Assembly (NCBI GenBank): GCA_021299855.1
Contig: JAJTEY010000013.1
Location: forward strand, 490-64,489
Length of the DNA stretch: 64,000 nt
Origin: Bacteroidota bacterium
GTDB taxonomy: Bacteria > Bacteroidota > Bacteroidia > Palsa-965
Direction of reading: 5' to 3'
Positions 27,930 to 37,992 of this stretch are shown piece after piece. Position 1 is the stretch's first letter. Each line of letters starts with the position of its first letter. The position numbers and the translations under genes were made by a program. The notes below the pieces were generated by a model, which saw nothing but the letters and a program-made list of their open reading frames with translations, had not been told where the DNA came from and did not search any database.

Positions 27930-30581
27930 ATGCGGCATCCAATTCTGATGTTCTTGTTAACTGCACTTGCGTTACCCGAAATAACGGCGCAAAACGGAAC
28001 TGCGGTTGTTGCTATGCCCACTTTCTTTTCCCTCAATTCATTGCGCACCAAAAACGATATTGCGGTGGACAGCGCCGGAAACGTGTGGATTGCCTTTCGG
28101 GACAATGGCGTGTTTAAATGGAATCAAAACGCCTGGGAATACTTAAACACCAACGATGGACTTTGTGATAATAATATTCGTTGTGCTTATCCTGACACCA
28201 ACAACACTATTTGGTTCGGATCAGATACCGGAGGCGTATCGCGCTTTTACAACAACCAATGGCAAACTTTAAACCGTTGGAACTCTCCGTTACCGTCCGG
28301 ACGCGTTTATGATATTTACCGACAAGGCGACACGTTGTGGATGGGCACAGATCGCGGAATTGCCGCATATACTTCATCCGGCTGGACGATCTACAACCGC
28401 AACAACTCCAACCTGCCAAGTGATACCATCTACAGCATTACGAAATCGGTGTGGAATGAAATTGTTCTTGGCACACCCAAAGGAATCGTACATTTTTTCG
28501 GCAACAACTTTTACAACTTCTGGATACCACCGACAACGTTGCCTGCCGTTACACAAGTTTACACGCATCACGATAGAACACTTTGGTGCATTGCCGACAA
28601 ACAACTTTTCCGTGTGGGTAATACCGGGTTGCAAAATTATTCAGTCAACTTCGAACTGCCAGGAGTTAATTGGACCGGCGTATCGTGCGTTGGACGCGGT
28701 CCGCGTGGTGGTCTGGCCTTCTCTGGAGTAGATGGTCAGCTTAATGAAATAATCGGACAGCGAATTTTCACCTATTATCCTGTGGGAATTAACAGCAATC
28801 CTCAAGCCTCACGCGTGCAGTTTGCCACCGATCCAAACGGCCAACAGTTTTGGCATATCGAGAGCTTTGTAAACTCCAATTCTTCTCCATTCATCGATTT
28901 GAAACGCTTCGACCCTTTTTCCTATTGCGGAATAGGACTTGGCGTGACAGGGGACAACTATAAATTCATTGACGGTAACAACCTGAAAGCTGCCGTGCAT
29001 GTACGTGGTGATCTGCATTGGGACTTGACTGCACAATCGGAGTTTTTTGCGCCGAAGAATACCAATAAAGCAATCATTTTTGCTTCCGGCGTTTGGGCCG
29101 GCGGGTTGGATGATCAGGGCGAACTGCATCAGGCTGCTGCTACCTATCGCCAAACGGGATACGATTATTACCCGGGACCGGGAGCACCGGGACTCGATTC
29201 ACTTCAAGCACATTCGTTTGATCGCATCTGGAACATTACCGCACAAGACATTGCAACATTTCAATATCAATGGAGTATTGGCGCAGTGCAAAATCAAACG
29301 TGGATTCCTCCTGCAGATATAGTGGACTGGCCGGCTAACGGCAATTACAACCTCACGTATCATTTAGCGCCATTTGCAGATATCAACGGGAATGGCATTT
29401 ACGATCCTTTAATCGGTGGAGATTATCCTTTAATTAAAGGAGATGAAGCGGTTTATTTTGTCTTTAACGATCGTGTAGGTCCACATACTTTTACGCATAC
29501 ACCGCCGCTTGGTCTTCAAATCAGTGCGATGATTTACGGATATCATTGCACCACGCCATTGGGAAATGTTGCGGAGAACACATTGTTTTACGAATACACG
29601 TATATCAATCGTTCTGACAGTGCTTATCATGACACGTACTTTACATTTTGGCACGACATGGATTTGGGCAACTGGCAAGACGATTACGTCGGTTGCATCC
29701 CGGAACAAAATGCCTTCATCATATACAATGGAGATAGCTTAGACGAGCCGAATACAACAGTTTCCACCGGCACATACGGCGCCACCATTCCGGTTGTTTC
29801 GGTAGCTGTGGTCGATGGACCGGTAGCGCCGGCAAACGATGGCAACGACAACAATAACAACGGCACAACAGATGAACCCGGAGAGCAATGCCTGATGAAT
29901 TATTTCGTTTCGTATAATACCGGTGCTCCAAGTTTGCCCAATGGAGGCATGACGAACAATACCGATTATTACAATTATTCGCGCGGTGTTTGGAAAGATA
30001 GCAGTTCGGTAACCTTCGGAGGTAACGGATATGGTAACCTTGTTCCAACGCGGTTTATGTTTCCTGATTTACCAACGGTTCCGAACGGATGGCATGAAGC
30101 TTCAGCTAATCAGACTCCAGGAGATCGGGCTGCATTGTTGTCTTCCGGTCCATTCAATTTTCAACCCGGCGACAGTTTGCAATTTACATACGCCATTACT
30201 TTTCATGTGGACTCCATTAACCCGTGGAACAGCGCGGGGTATTACCAAACCGTTACGGACAATCTCTCCACATTACACGCGTTGTTAGCATCATCTAATA
30301 CTCCTTGTTTTCCGTTGAGTATTGAAGATCAAGCACCATCCGATATATCTGCTTTTACTGTGTATCCCAATCCGGCTGATGAATCAGCGACAGTAATGTT
30401 GCATGATGCAGACGGTAACGCGACAGTGCGCATCTATTCAAGCACAGGAATGCTCATCAGCGAGTTCATCGCAAGAGGATCCGTTCAACTATCTACAACA
30501 GAACTGCAACAAGGTATTTACTTCATTCAAGTAATTACAGCAACCAACACCGGAACACAACCGTTAATAATTCAAAGATGA
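27930..30581 (+). CDS. Large secreted protein: N-terminal two-component-regulator-propeller-like repeats, unknown central domain, T9SS C-terminal sorting domain
   Basis: Signal peptide [21 protein letters not shown]. The N-terminal region has repeated ...N.IW.GT..G...F....W motifs. The C-terminus [16 protein letters not shown]...GIYFIQVI...LIIQR is typical of the T9SS CTD. Confidence 0.8.
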   Translation: MRHPILMFLLTALALPEITAQNGTAVVAMPTFFSLNSLRTKNDIAVDSAGNVWIAFRDNGVFKWNQNAWEYLNTNDGLCDNNIRCAYPDTNNTIWFGSDTGGVSRFYNNQWQTLNRWNSPLPSGRVYDIYRQGDTLWMGTDRGIAAYTSSGWTIYNRNNSNLPSDTIYSITKSVWNEIVLGTPKGIVHFFGNNFYNFWIPPTTLPAVTQVYTHHDRTLWCIADKQLFRVGNTGLQNYSVNFELPGVNWTGVSCVGRGPRGGLAFSGVDGQLNEIIGQRIFTYYPVGINSNPQASRVQFATDPNGQQFWHIESFVNSNSSPFIDLKRFDPFSYCGIGLGVTGDNYKFIDGNNLKAAVHVRGDLHWDLTAQSEFFAPKNTNKAIIFASGVWAGGLDDQGELHQAAATYRQTGYDYYPGPGAPGLDSLQAHSFDRIWNITAQDIATFQYQWSIGAVQNQTWIPPADIVDWPANGNYNLTYHLAPFADINGNGIYDPLIGGDYPLIKGDEAVYFVFNDRVGPHTFTHTPPLGLQISAMIYGYHCTTPLGNVAENTLFYEYTYINRSDSAYHDTYFTFWHDMDLGNWQDDYVGCIPEQNAFIIYNGDSLDEPNTTVSTGTYGATIPVVSVAVVDGPVAPANDGNDNNNNGTTDEPGEQCLMNYFVSYNTGAPSLPNGGMTNNTDYYNYSRGVWKDSSSVTFGGNGYGNLVPTRFMFPDLPTVPNGWHEASANQTPGDRAALLSSGPFNFQPGDSLQFTYAITFHVDSINPWNSAGYYQTVTDNLSTLHALLASSNTPCFPLSIEDQAPSDISAFTVYPNPADESATVMLHDADGNATVRIYSSTGMLISEFIARGSVQLSTTELQQGIYFIQVITATNTGTQPLIIQR

Positions 30582-31024
30582 TCATTCGAAAAGCCATTGC
30601 TACAGACATTCCTGCCATTCACTCACTGATACGCGAACTCGCGGAATACGAGCAAGCTCCTGAAGAAGTAATCGTTACGGAAAATGATATGCTCAATTAC
30701 GGTTTTGGGAGCAATCCTTTGTTTACTTGTTATGTAGCCGAAGATCAAAACCAAATCATCGGAATGGCTTTGTATTACAGAAAGTATTCGACATGGAAAG
30801 GTCCGTGTGTGTTTCTTGAAGACATCATCGTCACACAAAGCAGACGAAAAGAAGGAATCGGCAAATTATTGTTTGATCAGGTGCTGAACGATTGCCGAAA
30901 AATGAACTGTAAACGCATGGAGTGGCAGGTGCTCGATTGGAATACGCCCGCCATTAAATTCTATGAACAATACGAACCTGAAGTTTTAAAAGAATGGCTC
31001 AACTACAGATTGTCATTCCACTAA
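30578..31024 (+). CDS. GNAT-family N-acetyltransferase
   Basis: 148 aa. The acetyl-CoA motif is VTQSRRKEGIGKLLF. The ATGA start overlaps the upstream gene. Confidence 0.85.
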   Translation: MIIRKAIATDIPAIHSLIRELAEYEQAPEEVIVTENDMLNYGFGSNPLFTCYVAEDQNQIIGMALYYRKYSTWKGPCVFLEDIIVTQSRRKEGIGKLLFDQVLNDCRKMNCKRMEWQVLDWNTPAIKFYEQYEPEVLKEWLNYRLSFH

Positions 31025-31029
31025 CTTTG
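31022..31029 (+). promoter_or_regulatory. -7 promoter box (TAnnTTTG) for lysC
   Basis: TAACTTTG lies 4 nt before ATG 31034 and overlaps the GNAT stop codon. Confidence 0.5.
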
Positions 31030-31033
31030 CACC

Positions 31034-32290
31034 ATGAAAGTATTTAAGTTCGGTGGAGCTTCAGTAAAAGATGCCGGAGCAGTTCGTAATGTAGCTGCAA
31101 TTCTTAGTCAGTACCAACATGAAGCACTTGTTGTGGTCATCTCCGCAATGGGAAAGACTACCAACGCTTTGGAGCGTCTTACGGATGCGTTTTATTTCAA
31201 AAAGGAAGATACGGCAACGATACTTGAAGAAATCCGCGTCTATCACCTTCAAATACTTCATGAACTTTTCCCGGATAACACGCATTCCATCTACGATGAC
31301 ATTCACAATTGTTTCGTGGAATTGGAATGGGCGCTGGAAGACGAACCCACTCACGAGTACGATTGCGAATACGATCAAATTGTATCGATGGGAGAAATCC
31401 TTTCCACAAAAATTGTTGCTGCTTATCTGAACAGTTCGGGAATTTCCTGCAGATGGACAGATGCACGTGATATCATCAAAACCGACAACACGTATCGTGA
31501 AGGAAAAATAAATTGGGAACTCACGGAGGAATCCGCACAACGATTGCACCAATGCAATAACACGATTGTATTAACGCAGGGTTTTATCGGCGTTACATCC
31601 GAAAACTTCACCACTACATTAGGACGGGAAGGTTCTGATTATACAGCCGCCATTTTAGCATGGTGTTTAAATGCGGAAAGCGTTACTATCTGGAAAGATG
31701 TTCCCGGAGTTTTGAATGCCGATCCGAAATGGTTTGATGCGACAGTGTTGGTTCCCGAATTAACGTATCAGGATGCCATAGAATTAACGTATTACGGTGC
31801 TACGGTAATACATCCCAAAACGATCAAACCGCTGCAGAATAAGAACATTCCGTTGTTCGTGCGCTCCTTCGTTGACCCGAAACAACCGGGAACAAAAATT
31901 CACGCTACTCCACAAGCATTGCCAATTCCATGTTTTATTTTTAAAGTTAATCAGGTATTGTTGTCTATTTCACCGCGTGACTTCTCGTTTATCGTGGAAG
32001 AAAACCTCGGCAACATTTTTGCGCTCTTTTCGAAACATCGTGTTAAAATCAATACCATGCAGAATTCTGCCATCAGTTTCTCCGTGTGCATGGATAACGA
32101 TGATCGTAAACTCCCGCAGTTGATCGATGAATTGAAACGTTCGTACCGTGTACTTTACAATGACAAACTGGAACTGGTAACTATCCGCTATTACGATCAG
32201 GCAACCATTGATCGAGTATGTATTGGAAAGCAAATTTTACTGGAAACCCGCAGTCGCTATACGGTGCAGATGGTAATGAAGGACAGGTGA
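31034..32290 (+). CDS. lysC: Aspartate kinase
   Basis: The protein starts MKVFKFGGASVKDA, followed by ...VVVISAMGKTTN...LGREGSDYTAA...VIHPKTI, and has C-terminal ACT-like repeats. Confidence 0.9.
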   Translation: MKVFKFGGASVKDAGAVRNVAAILSQYQHEALVVVISAMGKTTNALERLTDAFYFKKEDTATILEEIRVYHLQILHELFPDNTHSIYDDIHNCFVELEWALEDEPTHEYDCEYDQIVSMGEILSTKIVAAYLNSSGISCRWTDARDIIKTDNTYREGKINWELTEESAQRLHQCNNTIVLTQGFIGVTSENFTTTLGREGSDYTAAILAWCLNAESVTIWKDVPGVLNADPKWFDATVLVPELTYQDAIELTYYGATVIHPKTIKPLQNKNIPLFVRSFVDPKQPGTKIHATPQALPIPCFIFKVNQVLLSISPRDFSFIVEENLGNIFALFSKHRVKINTMQNSAISFSVCMDNDDRKLPQLIDELKRSYRVLYNDKLELVTIRYYDQATIDRVCIGKQILLETRSRYTVQMVMKDR

Positions 32291-32327
32291 TTAACTTTTA
32301 CGATCTTCGTTAAGCTCAACTAAATAA

Positions 32328-32708
32328 ACCCCTGAGAAATTATACCACGTTCCTGCAACTGTTAGAACTGCCGAAGTTTCATTAAACCCGGATAACGGAA
32401 CCATCAAGTTTAGCGGAATTTCTATTCCTGAAGATTCCGAAGCGTTCTTTCGTCCGGTATACGATTGGTTGGCTGCGTATCGCGCCACCAATCCTACGAA
32501 CAAAGTTGTAGCTACTTTTTCAATGACGTATTTCAATACCGGCTCGGTTCGTCATATCATGCTGATCTGTCAATACCTGATTCAGAATTTCTCCGCTAAT
32601 CTTGAAATTATTTGGGAATACGAGGAGGAGGAGGAGGATATTTTACACCGCGGAGAAGAAATTTCACGCATCATGAAATTCCCTTTGACCCTTAAAGTCA
32701 TCGACTAA
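32328..32708 (+). CDS. SiaC-like (DUF1987) protein; no canonical start codon upstream of the conserved N-terminal region, so possibly a pseudogene
   Basis: The frame is open from the stop at 32325. It reads ...KLYHVPATVRTAEVSLNPDNGTIKFSGISIPEDSEAFFRPVYDWL...MTYFNTGSVRHI...LEIIWEYEEEEEDILHRGEE, which matches the SiaC pattern (G.SYPENS..F..V..W, Y.NTSS, W.Y). The first ATG/GTG/TTG in frame is TTG 32469. Confidence 0.55.
   Translation, partial: TPEKLYHVPATVRTAEVSLNPDNGTIKFSGISIPEDSEAFFRPVYDWLAAYRATNPTNKVVATFSMTYFNTGSVRHIMLICQYLIQNFSANLEIIWEYEEEEEDILHRGEEISRIMKFPLTLKVID
32622..32636 (+). repeat. (GAG)5 trinucleotide tract encoding EEEEE within the SiaC-like ORF
   Basis: GAGGAGGAGGAGGAG read directly; it is in frame. 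Confidence 0.9.
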
Positions 32709-33652
32709 GGAAGCAAGACGCGCAGCACTTTCTCGGCGATAACTCTTCCAATCTTTTCGTGACTTTCAAATGTCCATCCTGCGATATGCGGACTTAATAT
32801 CGCACGATCGGAATTAATCAAATATTGAAACGGCTCGGGCAAGGTTTTTCTATCCAACTTTTCAAATGAAACCGATTCGTATTCCAACACATCAAGACAA
32901 ACACCAATAACTTTCCCGGATTTCATTGCAGCTATAACTGCTGCTGTATCCACGTTTTTCCCTCGCGCCGTATTGATCAAATACACGGGCTTTTGCAACT
33001 TAGAAATGAAATCATCATTAATGTAATGGATGGTTTCCGTTGTCAAAGGCAAGTGTAAACTGATAACATCCGCACGCTGTTGGATTTCTTCCAAACTCAC
33101 TTCCTTTACCAACGCATCACCAAATCCTGATTTGTATTTATCATGCGCCAACACCTCAACACCAAACCCCTTCAGTCGTTGCGCAAATGCACTTCCCATA
33201 TTACCATAGCCGATAATACCGACAGTTTTTCCGCACAATTCATACCCCCGGTTTTCTTCCCGCTTCCAAATTCCCCGGCGCACTTCACGATCCGCACGCA
33301 GCAAATTATTCATCAACGCGAGCAACATCCCTATCGCTTGTTCCGCAACTGCATCACGATTTCCTTCAGGGGCGTGAACACACGCAATGCCTTTCGAAGT
33401 GGCATAGCTGACATCGATATTTTCCATGCCGGCACCTGCACGTCCAATCACTTTTAAGTGGGTTGCCGCATCTAAAAATCGAGCATCCAACTTAAAGCGA
33501 CTGCGAATAATAACACCTTCATACATCGCGATCTTTTCCAACACTTGTTCGTAGGTTGAAGAATAATCCTCATCACACTGCACACCGGCAGCGCGCAAGG
33601 TGGAGATCATAATCGGATGATTACTATCCAAGAATAAGACACGCGGGATCAT
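32705..33652 (-). CDS. D-isomer-specific 2-hydroxyacid dehydrogenase (phosphoglycerate-dehydrogenase-like)
   Basis: 315 aa with NAD motif GIIGYGNMGSAFA, and ...NTARG...D and SPHIAGWT motifs. Confidence 0.85.
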   Translation of the reverse strand: MIPRVLFLDSNHPIMISTLRAAGVQCDEDYSSTYEQVLEKIAMYEGVIIRSRFKLDARFLDAATHLKVIGRAGAGMENIDVSYATSKGIACVHAPEGNRDAVAEQAIGMLLALMNNLLRADREVRRGIWKREENRGYELCGKTVGIIGYGNMGSAFAQRLKGFGVEVLAHDKYKSGFGDALVKEVSLEEIQQRADVISLHLPLTTETIHYINDDFISKLQKPVYLINTARGKNVDTAAVIAAMKSGKVIGVCLDVLEYESVSFEKLDRKTLPEPFQYLINSDRAILSPHIAGWTFESHEKIGRVIAEKVLRVLLP

Positions 33653-35046
33653 GCGTTAAACATTTCTGTCAGGAACAACATGGAAATCGAGAAATATATG
33701 ATCAACCCGGTAACGTCCACTAGCGTTGCCACGAATGGAGCCGAAGATACCGCAGGATCGAGTTTGAATCGTTTTAATATTAATGGGAATAACGAGCCGA
33801 CAAGACAGCCCCACAAAACCACACCTGTTAGCGTAATGCCTACAGTTAATCCGATCGGTAACCAATACGGACCATAATCTTCAATAAAATTAGACCAGAT
33901 CATCACGCGTAAAAAACCGAGCACACCTAATATTCCACCTAAAACCAAACCGGATTTCAATTCCTTTTTCAAAATGCTCCACCAGTCGCGAACGGTAATT
34001 TCACCTAATGCCAATGCGCGAATAATAAGCGTTGATGCTTGTGAACCACTGTTACCTCCACTGGAAATAATCAACGGCACAAAAATGGCAAGGATAACTG
34101 CTTTCGCCAACTGATCTTCAAAAAACGACATCGCAGTTGCAGTGAGCAATTCGCCTAAAAACAACAACACCAACCAACCCACACGTTTTCTGATCATTTG
34201 CCAAAAAGGTGTTGCCATGTAAGGTTCTTCCAGCGCTTCTACACCACCCATTTTTTGAACGTCTTCCGTATTTTCTTCACGCAAAACGTCCACCATGTCA
34301 TCGAACGTCACACGACCCACCAAACGGTTCAAACCATCAACAACAGGAATCACCACGAGATCGTATTTATCCATCAGCATGGCCACTTCTTCCGCAGGTG
34401 TGTTGGCCTTAACACTTACGATATTCGGATTAAACACGTCACGCACCTTTGTACGCAAAGGCTTGGTCAACAAATTCTTTAATGAAAGTACGCCCACGAG
34501 TCGTTCTTCGTTATCTACAACGTAAATGGTGTAAATGTTCTCCACATCTTCTGCCTGACGACGAATTTCACGCACACACTCCAACACATTACGATCCACG
34601 TGTACACGTATCAACTCTTTCGCCATGATACCACCCGCAGTATCCGGATCGTAGTTTAACAAGTCAACGATATCGCTGGCTTGTTCAATATCTTCTACGT
34701 GCGAAAGAACTTCATCCTGCTGATCGTCTGTTAATTCGGCTAATACGTCTGCGGCATCATCCGAATCCAGATTGTCGATTAGTTGCTCTGCAATTTCTTT
34801 GGGCGACAAACCGTCAAGTACTGCATCGCGTCGATCATCATCCAGCAACACCAGTGTTTCTGCAGCAACTTCTTCTTCAAGAAATTTATACAAGCGCATC
34901 GCTTCTTCCACCTCAAAATCCGCCAACAATTCCGCAGCATCAGCGGGATGCAAATCCGCCATTAGCGAACGCATCAACACTTCGTCATTGGCACTGAGTG
35001 CAGAACGAAGATCCTGAATGAAGTTATCGGTGAGTTGAAAAGCCAT
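33649..35046 (-). CDS. mgtE: Magnesium transporter MgtE
   Basis: 465 aa with an MgtE-N domain (LHPADAAELL), tandem CBS domains and a C-terminal 5-TM domain (PLIISSGGNSGSQAST...PFVATLVDVTGL). Confidence 0.95.
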   Translation of the reverse strand: MAFQLTDNFIQDLRSALSANDEVLMRSLMADLHPADAAELLADFEVEEAMRLYKFLEEEVAAETLVLLDDDRRDAVLDGLSPKEIAEQLIDNLDSDDAADVLAELTDDQQDEVLSHVEDIEQASDIVDLLNYDPDTAGGIMAKELIRVHVDRNVLECVREIRRQAEDVENIYTIYVVDNEERLVGVLSLKNLLTKPLRTKVRDVFNPNIVSVKANTPAEEVAMLMDKYDLVVIPVVDGLNRLVGRVTFDDMVDVLREENTEDVQKMGGVEALEEPYMATPFWQMIRKRVGWLVLLFLGELLTATAMSFFEDQLAKAVILAIFVPLIISSGGNSGSQASTLIIRALALGEITVRDWWSILKKELKSGLVLGGILGVLGFLRVMIWSNFIEDYGPYWLPIGLTVGITLTGVVLWGCLVGSLFPLILKRFKLDPAVSSAPFVATLVDVTGLIIYFSISMLFLTEMFNA

Positions 35047-35067
35047 ACCTGAAAATCAGGCGCAAAG

Positions 35068-35847
35068 TTAGCGTTTCCTGAGCATGTTCGTTAGTTCTAC
35101 GAACTCTTGAACGCCCAATGTTTCGGCACGTAACGTAAAATACTTGTGATCCTGATATTCCGGTAACACCTCGTATGCTTTTAAAGCATTACGCAAGGTT
35201 TTACGACGTTGGTTGAATCCGGCTTTAACTACTGCAACAAAAAGCGATTCGTCACAATTCAGTTGTTGCGTTTGATTGCGGGTTAAACGTATCACTCCAG
35301 ACTTCACTTTGGGTGGCGGAGAAAAAACATGTTCATGCACGGTGAAGAGGTATTCAATGTTGTACCATGCCTGTAACAAAACACTCAGAATGCCATACGT
35401 TTTGTTGCCCGGTTTTGATGCAACACGCTCTGCCACCTCTTTCTGAAACATGCCGCAACACTCCAGAATTGCATTACGATGCTCCAGAACTTTAAATAAT
35501 ATCTGAGAAGAAATATTGTAGGGAAAATTCCCGATTACCCCGAATGGTGCGGCAGGAAGTTGCGATTCGTTGAGTCTAAGAAAGTCGCCTTCGATAATAC
35601 GAGAAGTCAGTTGAGGATAGTGTTCTTTCAAATAAGTCACCGACTCCCGATCAATCTCAACAACACTCACTTCGCAGCTTTCATTTTGCAGAAGATACTT
35701 GGTAAGAACGCCCATTCCGGGACCAATTTCAAGGATGCGTTGGTAATTCAATTCAGCAGGACGCAGCGAGCGCGCAATTTTCGCAGCGATATTTTCATCA
35801 CGCAAAAAATGTTGTCCTAAATGTTTTTTCGCCCTTACGTCCGACAT
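35068..35847 (-). CDS. rsmA: 16S rRNA (adenine1518/1519-N6)-dimethyltransferase
   Basis: Motifs KKHLGQHFL, EIGPGMGVLT, VIGNFPYNISS and FSPPPKV. Confidence 0.95.
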   Translation of the reverse strand: MSDVRAKKHLGQHFLRDENIAAKIARSLRPAELNYQRILEIGPGMGVLTKYLLQNESCEVSVVEIDRESVTYLKEHYPQLTSRIIEGDFLRLNESQLPAAPFGVIGNFPYNISSQILFKVLEHRNAILECCGMFQKEVAERVASKPGNKTYGILSVLLQAWYNIEYLFTVHEHVFSPPPKVKSGVIRLTRNQTQQLNCDESLFVAVVKAGFNQRRKTLRNALKAYEVLPEYQDHKYFTLRAETLGVQEFVELTNMLRKR

Positions 35848-36149
35848 TATCCGATGTGTTGCAACAACGTTCGAAATGCCACGAACTTATCTTTATAACG
35901 GGCAGTATGTTGTTCGCGAAGTGCCGGTGCAAATGTTTCCAGATAACGATTCACGTCGTCCATACTGTTGGCTTTATACTGAATGGAATAACTGGTTCCC
36001 TGCTGTTCGTCTACCATGATTTTGAAAATGTTTCCGTCCGTGAAACATCCCGTGGCTACAACATCAGGAACATGAACGGTTGTCATCCATTGCAACCAAT
36101 CGTCGTGAACATCATTATCAATATTAACGGTAACGTTATAAATAATCAT
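35847..36149 (-). CDS. DUF4286-family protein
   Basis: 100 aa. MIIYNVTVNIDNDVHDDWLQWMTTVHVPDV matches my memory of DUF4286. Confidence 0.7.
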   Translation of the reverse strand: MIIYNVTVNIDNDVHDDWLQWMTTVHVPDVVATGCFTDGNIFKIMVDEQQGTSYSIQYKANSMDDVNRYLETFAPALREQHTARYKDKFVAFRTLLQHIG

Positions 36150-36151
36150 AA

Positions 36152-37990
36152 CTAGTCATTTAATTTATCGCCACGTAACACGCGATAGCGTTTTCGTGCA
36201 TCTACAACATATAAGCTTCCGGGGTATTTCAAAATAATTTCTTCGTAGCACTGCTTGGCTTTTTCCGTATCGCCCAATTTGTATTCGTACAATTCGGCAA
36301 GACGAAACCATGCATCGTCAGCAAGAATATCCGTGCTGTGTGTGGCCGTCAACTTTTGTAAATAACCTGCTGCTTCAGCCCATCGCTGCTGTTTGTAGGC
36401 AATTCGATAACGCATAAAAAGCACATCATCAGCTAAGGCATGCATTCCGTAATCACGATCAATAGAATCGAGATAATTTTTTGCTTTATCGTATTGGTGC
36501 TGAAACAACATCAAATCGGCTTTTGCAAATCGCATCAACGGTTCAGGATTACTGTCCAATGCGAGATTATCGGTGATTACCATGGACAGATACATCGCAT
36601 CATTAGATATAAGTTTCGACGTAGAACCTTTTAAAACATTTAGCTGCGCCTGAGCCCATTCAAAATCGCCTACATAAAAAGCCACTTTAGCATTTCGGAA
36701 TTTTGCTTCCTGCCCGATAGCATCATACTTGTACGCTTTCTCTACTTGTGAGTAACGCAACGAAGCTTCCCAAACCTGACCATCCAGAACTAAAACATCA
36801 CCCAATTCCAGTTTACACAATGCTTGTTCGTTGGCATTCAAACCCGGCAATAGCAATGCTTCCTCCAACAGCATAACTGCTTCCTTGGGTTTATCCATAT
36901 AAAACGCCTGAAGGTGCGCCAGAGAGCGAATAAGAGAAACGGTGGTATTATTCTTACCCAACTCCGCAAGAGTGGATTGCATTTCTGCTTCCAGTGAAAG
37001 CAAATCTTGTGTGGTGTAATTCGTGGTATTCACAATACGCTCATACCGCGTATTCATCTTTTCCATTTTCGCTGTGCGGTAATACACTTTGCTGGGACCT
37101 AATCCGATGACATAGTCATACGCATCCGACGCCACATCATACTCCTGATTGCTTCGCGCCATTTCGGCCAGTGGAATAATTTCTTCACCTTCCAATTGTT
37201 TCCGCTTATCAATTGCCTTTGCCTGAACCAATGCCCCTGCAAAATTTTTCTCCTGCATGAATAACCACACCAACAACTCCGGCCAGGTGGTATTGTTAGG
37301 TTCGCGCTGTGAACGTTTTAATAATTCCGTTTTCAGTAACACGGAAATTTTGTTGTCCGTGTCGCTGTCCATTTTAGCCTGAAGACTATTCTGCACTTGC
37401 TGCTTGTACAAAGGCGATTCATCGAGCAAACCCAAATACTCGTTGATCATGGATGTGTAATCTTTTTTGTAGTAGTACACATCCGCCAACTCAGCATGAA
37501 ACGAATACACTCCTTTCAATTCCTTACGACCTTTCTGCAAAGATGTAATTGCCCAATCTGTTTCGTTAATACCTAAAAATGCATTAGCCAAATCAATTAC
37601 ACGATTAGCAGATGTGTTAGGATTGATCGCGTTAACACCTGCATTAAATTCCTTCTTCGCTTTATCTTCTTGTCCCTGGACACGAAAAACACGTCCCATA
37701 TCAACGAAGTAAGTCAGATCCGCCTTATACCATGCAGCCTGCTTCTTAACCAGCTTCTCGGCTTTCTTGTAATTCTGAATATTGATTAAACAGTTGAGGT
37801 AATATTCGTAATAAATCTGTAACGGATTTTTCTCGTACAGTTTTTCGTAATACACCACTGCTTTATCGAACTCTCCGGCAGCGTAGTATTGGTTGGCTAA
37901 CTGCTCGTCGGACGATGGAGGATCCGGCTGTGCGGTAATACCGACTGCTATAAAAAGAAATCCAACAATGACCAGCAGTCGTTTTACCAT
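36152..37990 (-). CDS. Secreted tetratricopeptide-repeat (TPR) protein
   Basis: Signal MVKRLLVIVGFLFIAVGITAQ. Multiple A..YY..G.Y.KA...Y TPR-like units span the 612 aa. Confidence 0.75.
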   Translation of the reverse strand: MVKRLLVIVGFLFIAVGITAQPDPPSSDEQLANQYYAAGEFDKAVVYYEKLYEKNPLQIYYEYYLNCLINIQNYKKAEKLVKKQAAWYKADLTYFVDMGRVFRVQGQEDKAKKEFNAGVNAINPNTSANRVIDLANAFLGINETDWAITSLQKGRKELKGVYSFHAELADVYYYKKDYTSMINEYLGLLDESPLYKQQVQNSLQAKMDSDTDNKISVLLKTELLKRSQREPNNTTWPELLVWLFMQEKNFAGALVQAKAIDKRKQLEGEEIIPLAEMARSNQEYDVASDAYDYVIGLGPSKVYYRTAKMEKMNTRYERIVNTTNYTTQDLLSLEAEMQSTLAELGKNNTTVSLIRSLAHLQAFYMDKPKEAVMLLEEALLLPGLNANEQALCKLELGDVLVLDGQVWEASLRYSQVEKAYKYDAIGQEAKFRNAKVAFYVGDFEWAQAQLNVLKGSTSKLISNDAMYLSMVITDNLALDSNPEPLMRFAKADLMLFQHQYDKAKNYLDSIDRDYGMHALADDVLFMRYRIAYKQQRWAEAAGYLQKLTATHSTDILADDAWFRLAELYEYKLGDTEKAKQCYEEIILKYPGSLYVVDARKRYRVLRGDKLND

Positions 37991-37992
37991 TC

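Noticed and set aside
31022-31034. Possible lysine riboswitch upstream of lysC
   Set aside because: The intergenic space is 9 nt and the -7 box lies 4 nt from the ATG, so there is no room for a leader.
32291-32536. 81-codon minus-strand ORF
   Set aside because: It is the antisense shadow of the SiaC-like reading frame, which carries recognisable family motifs on the plus strand.
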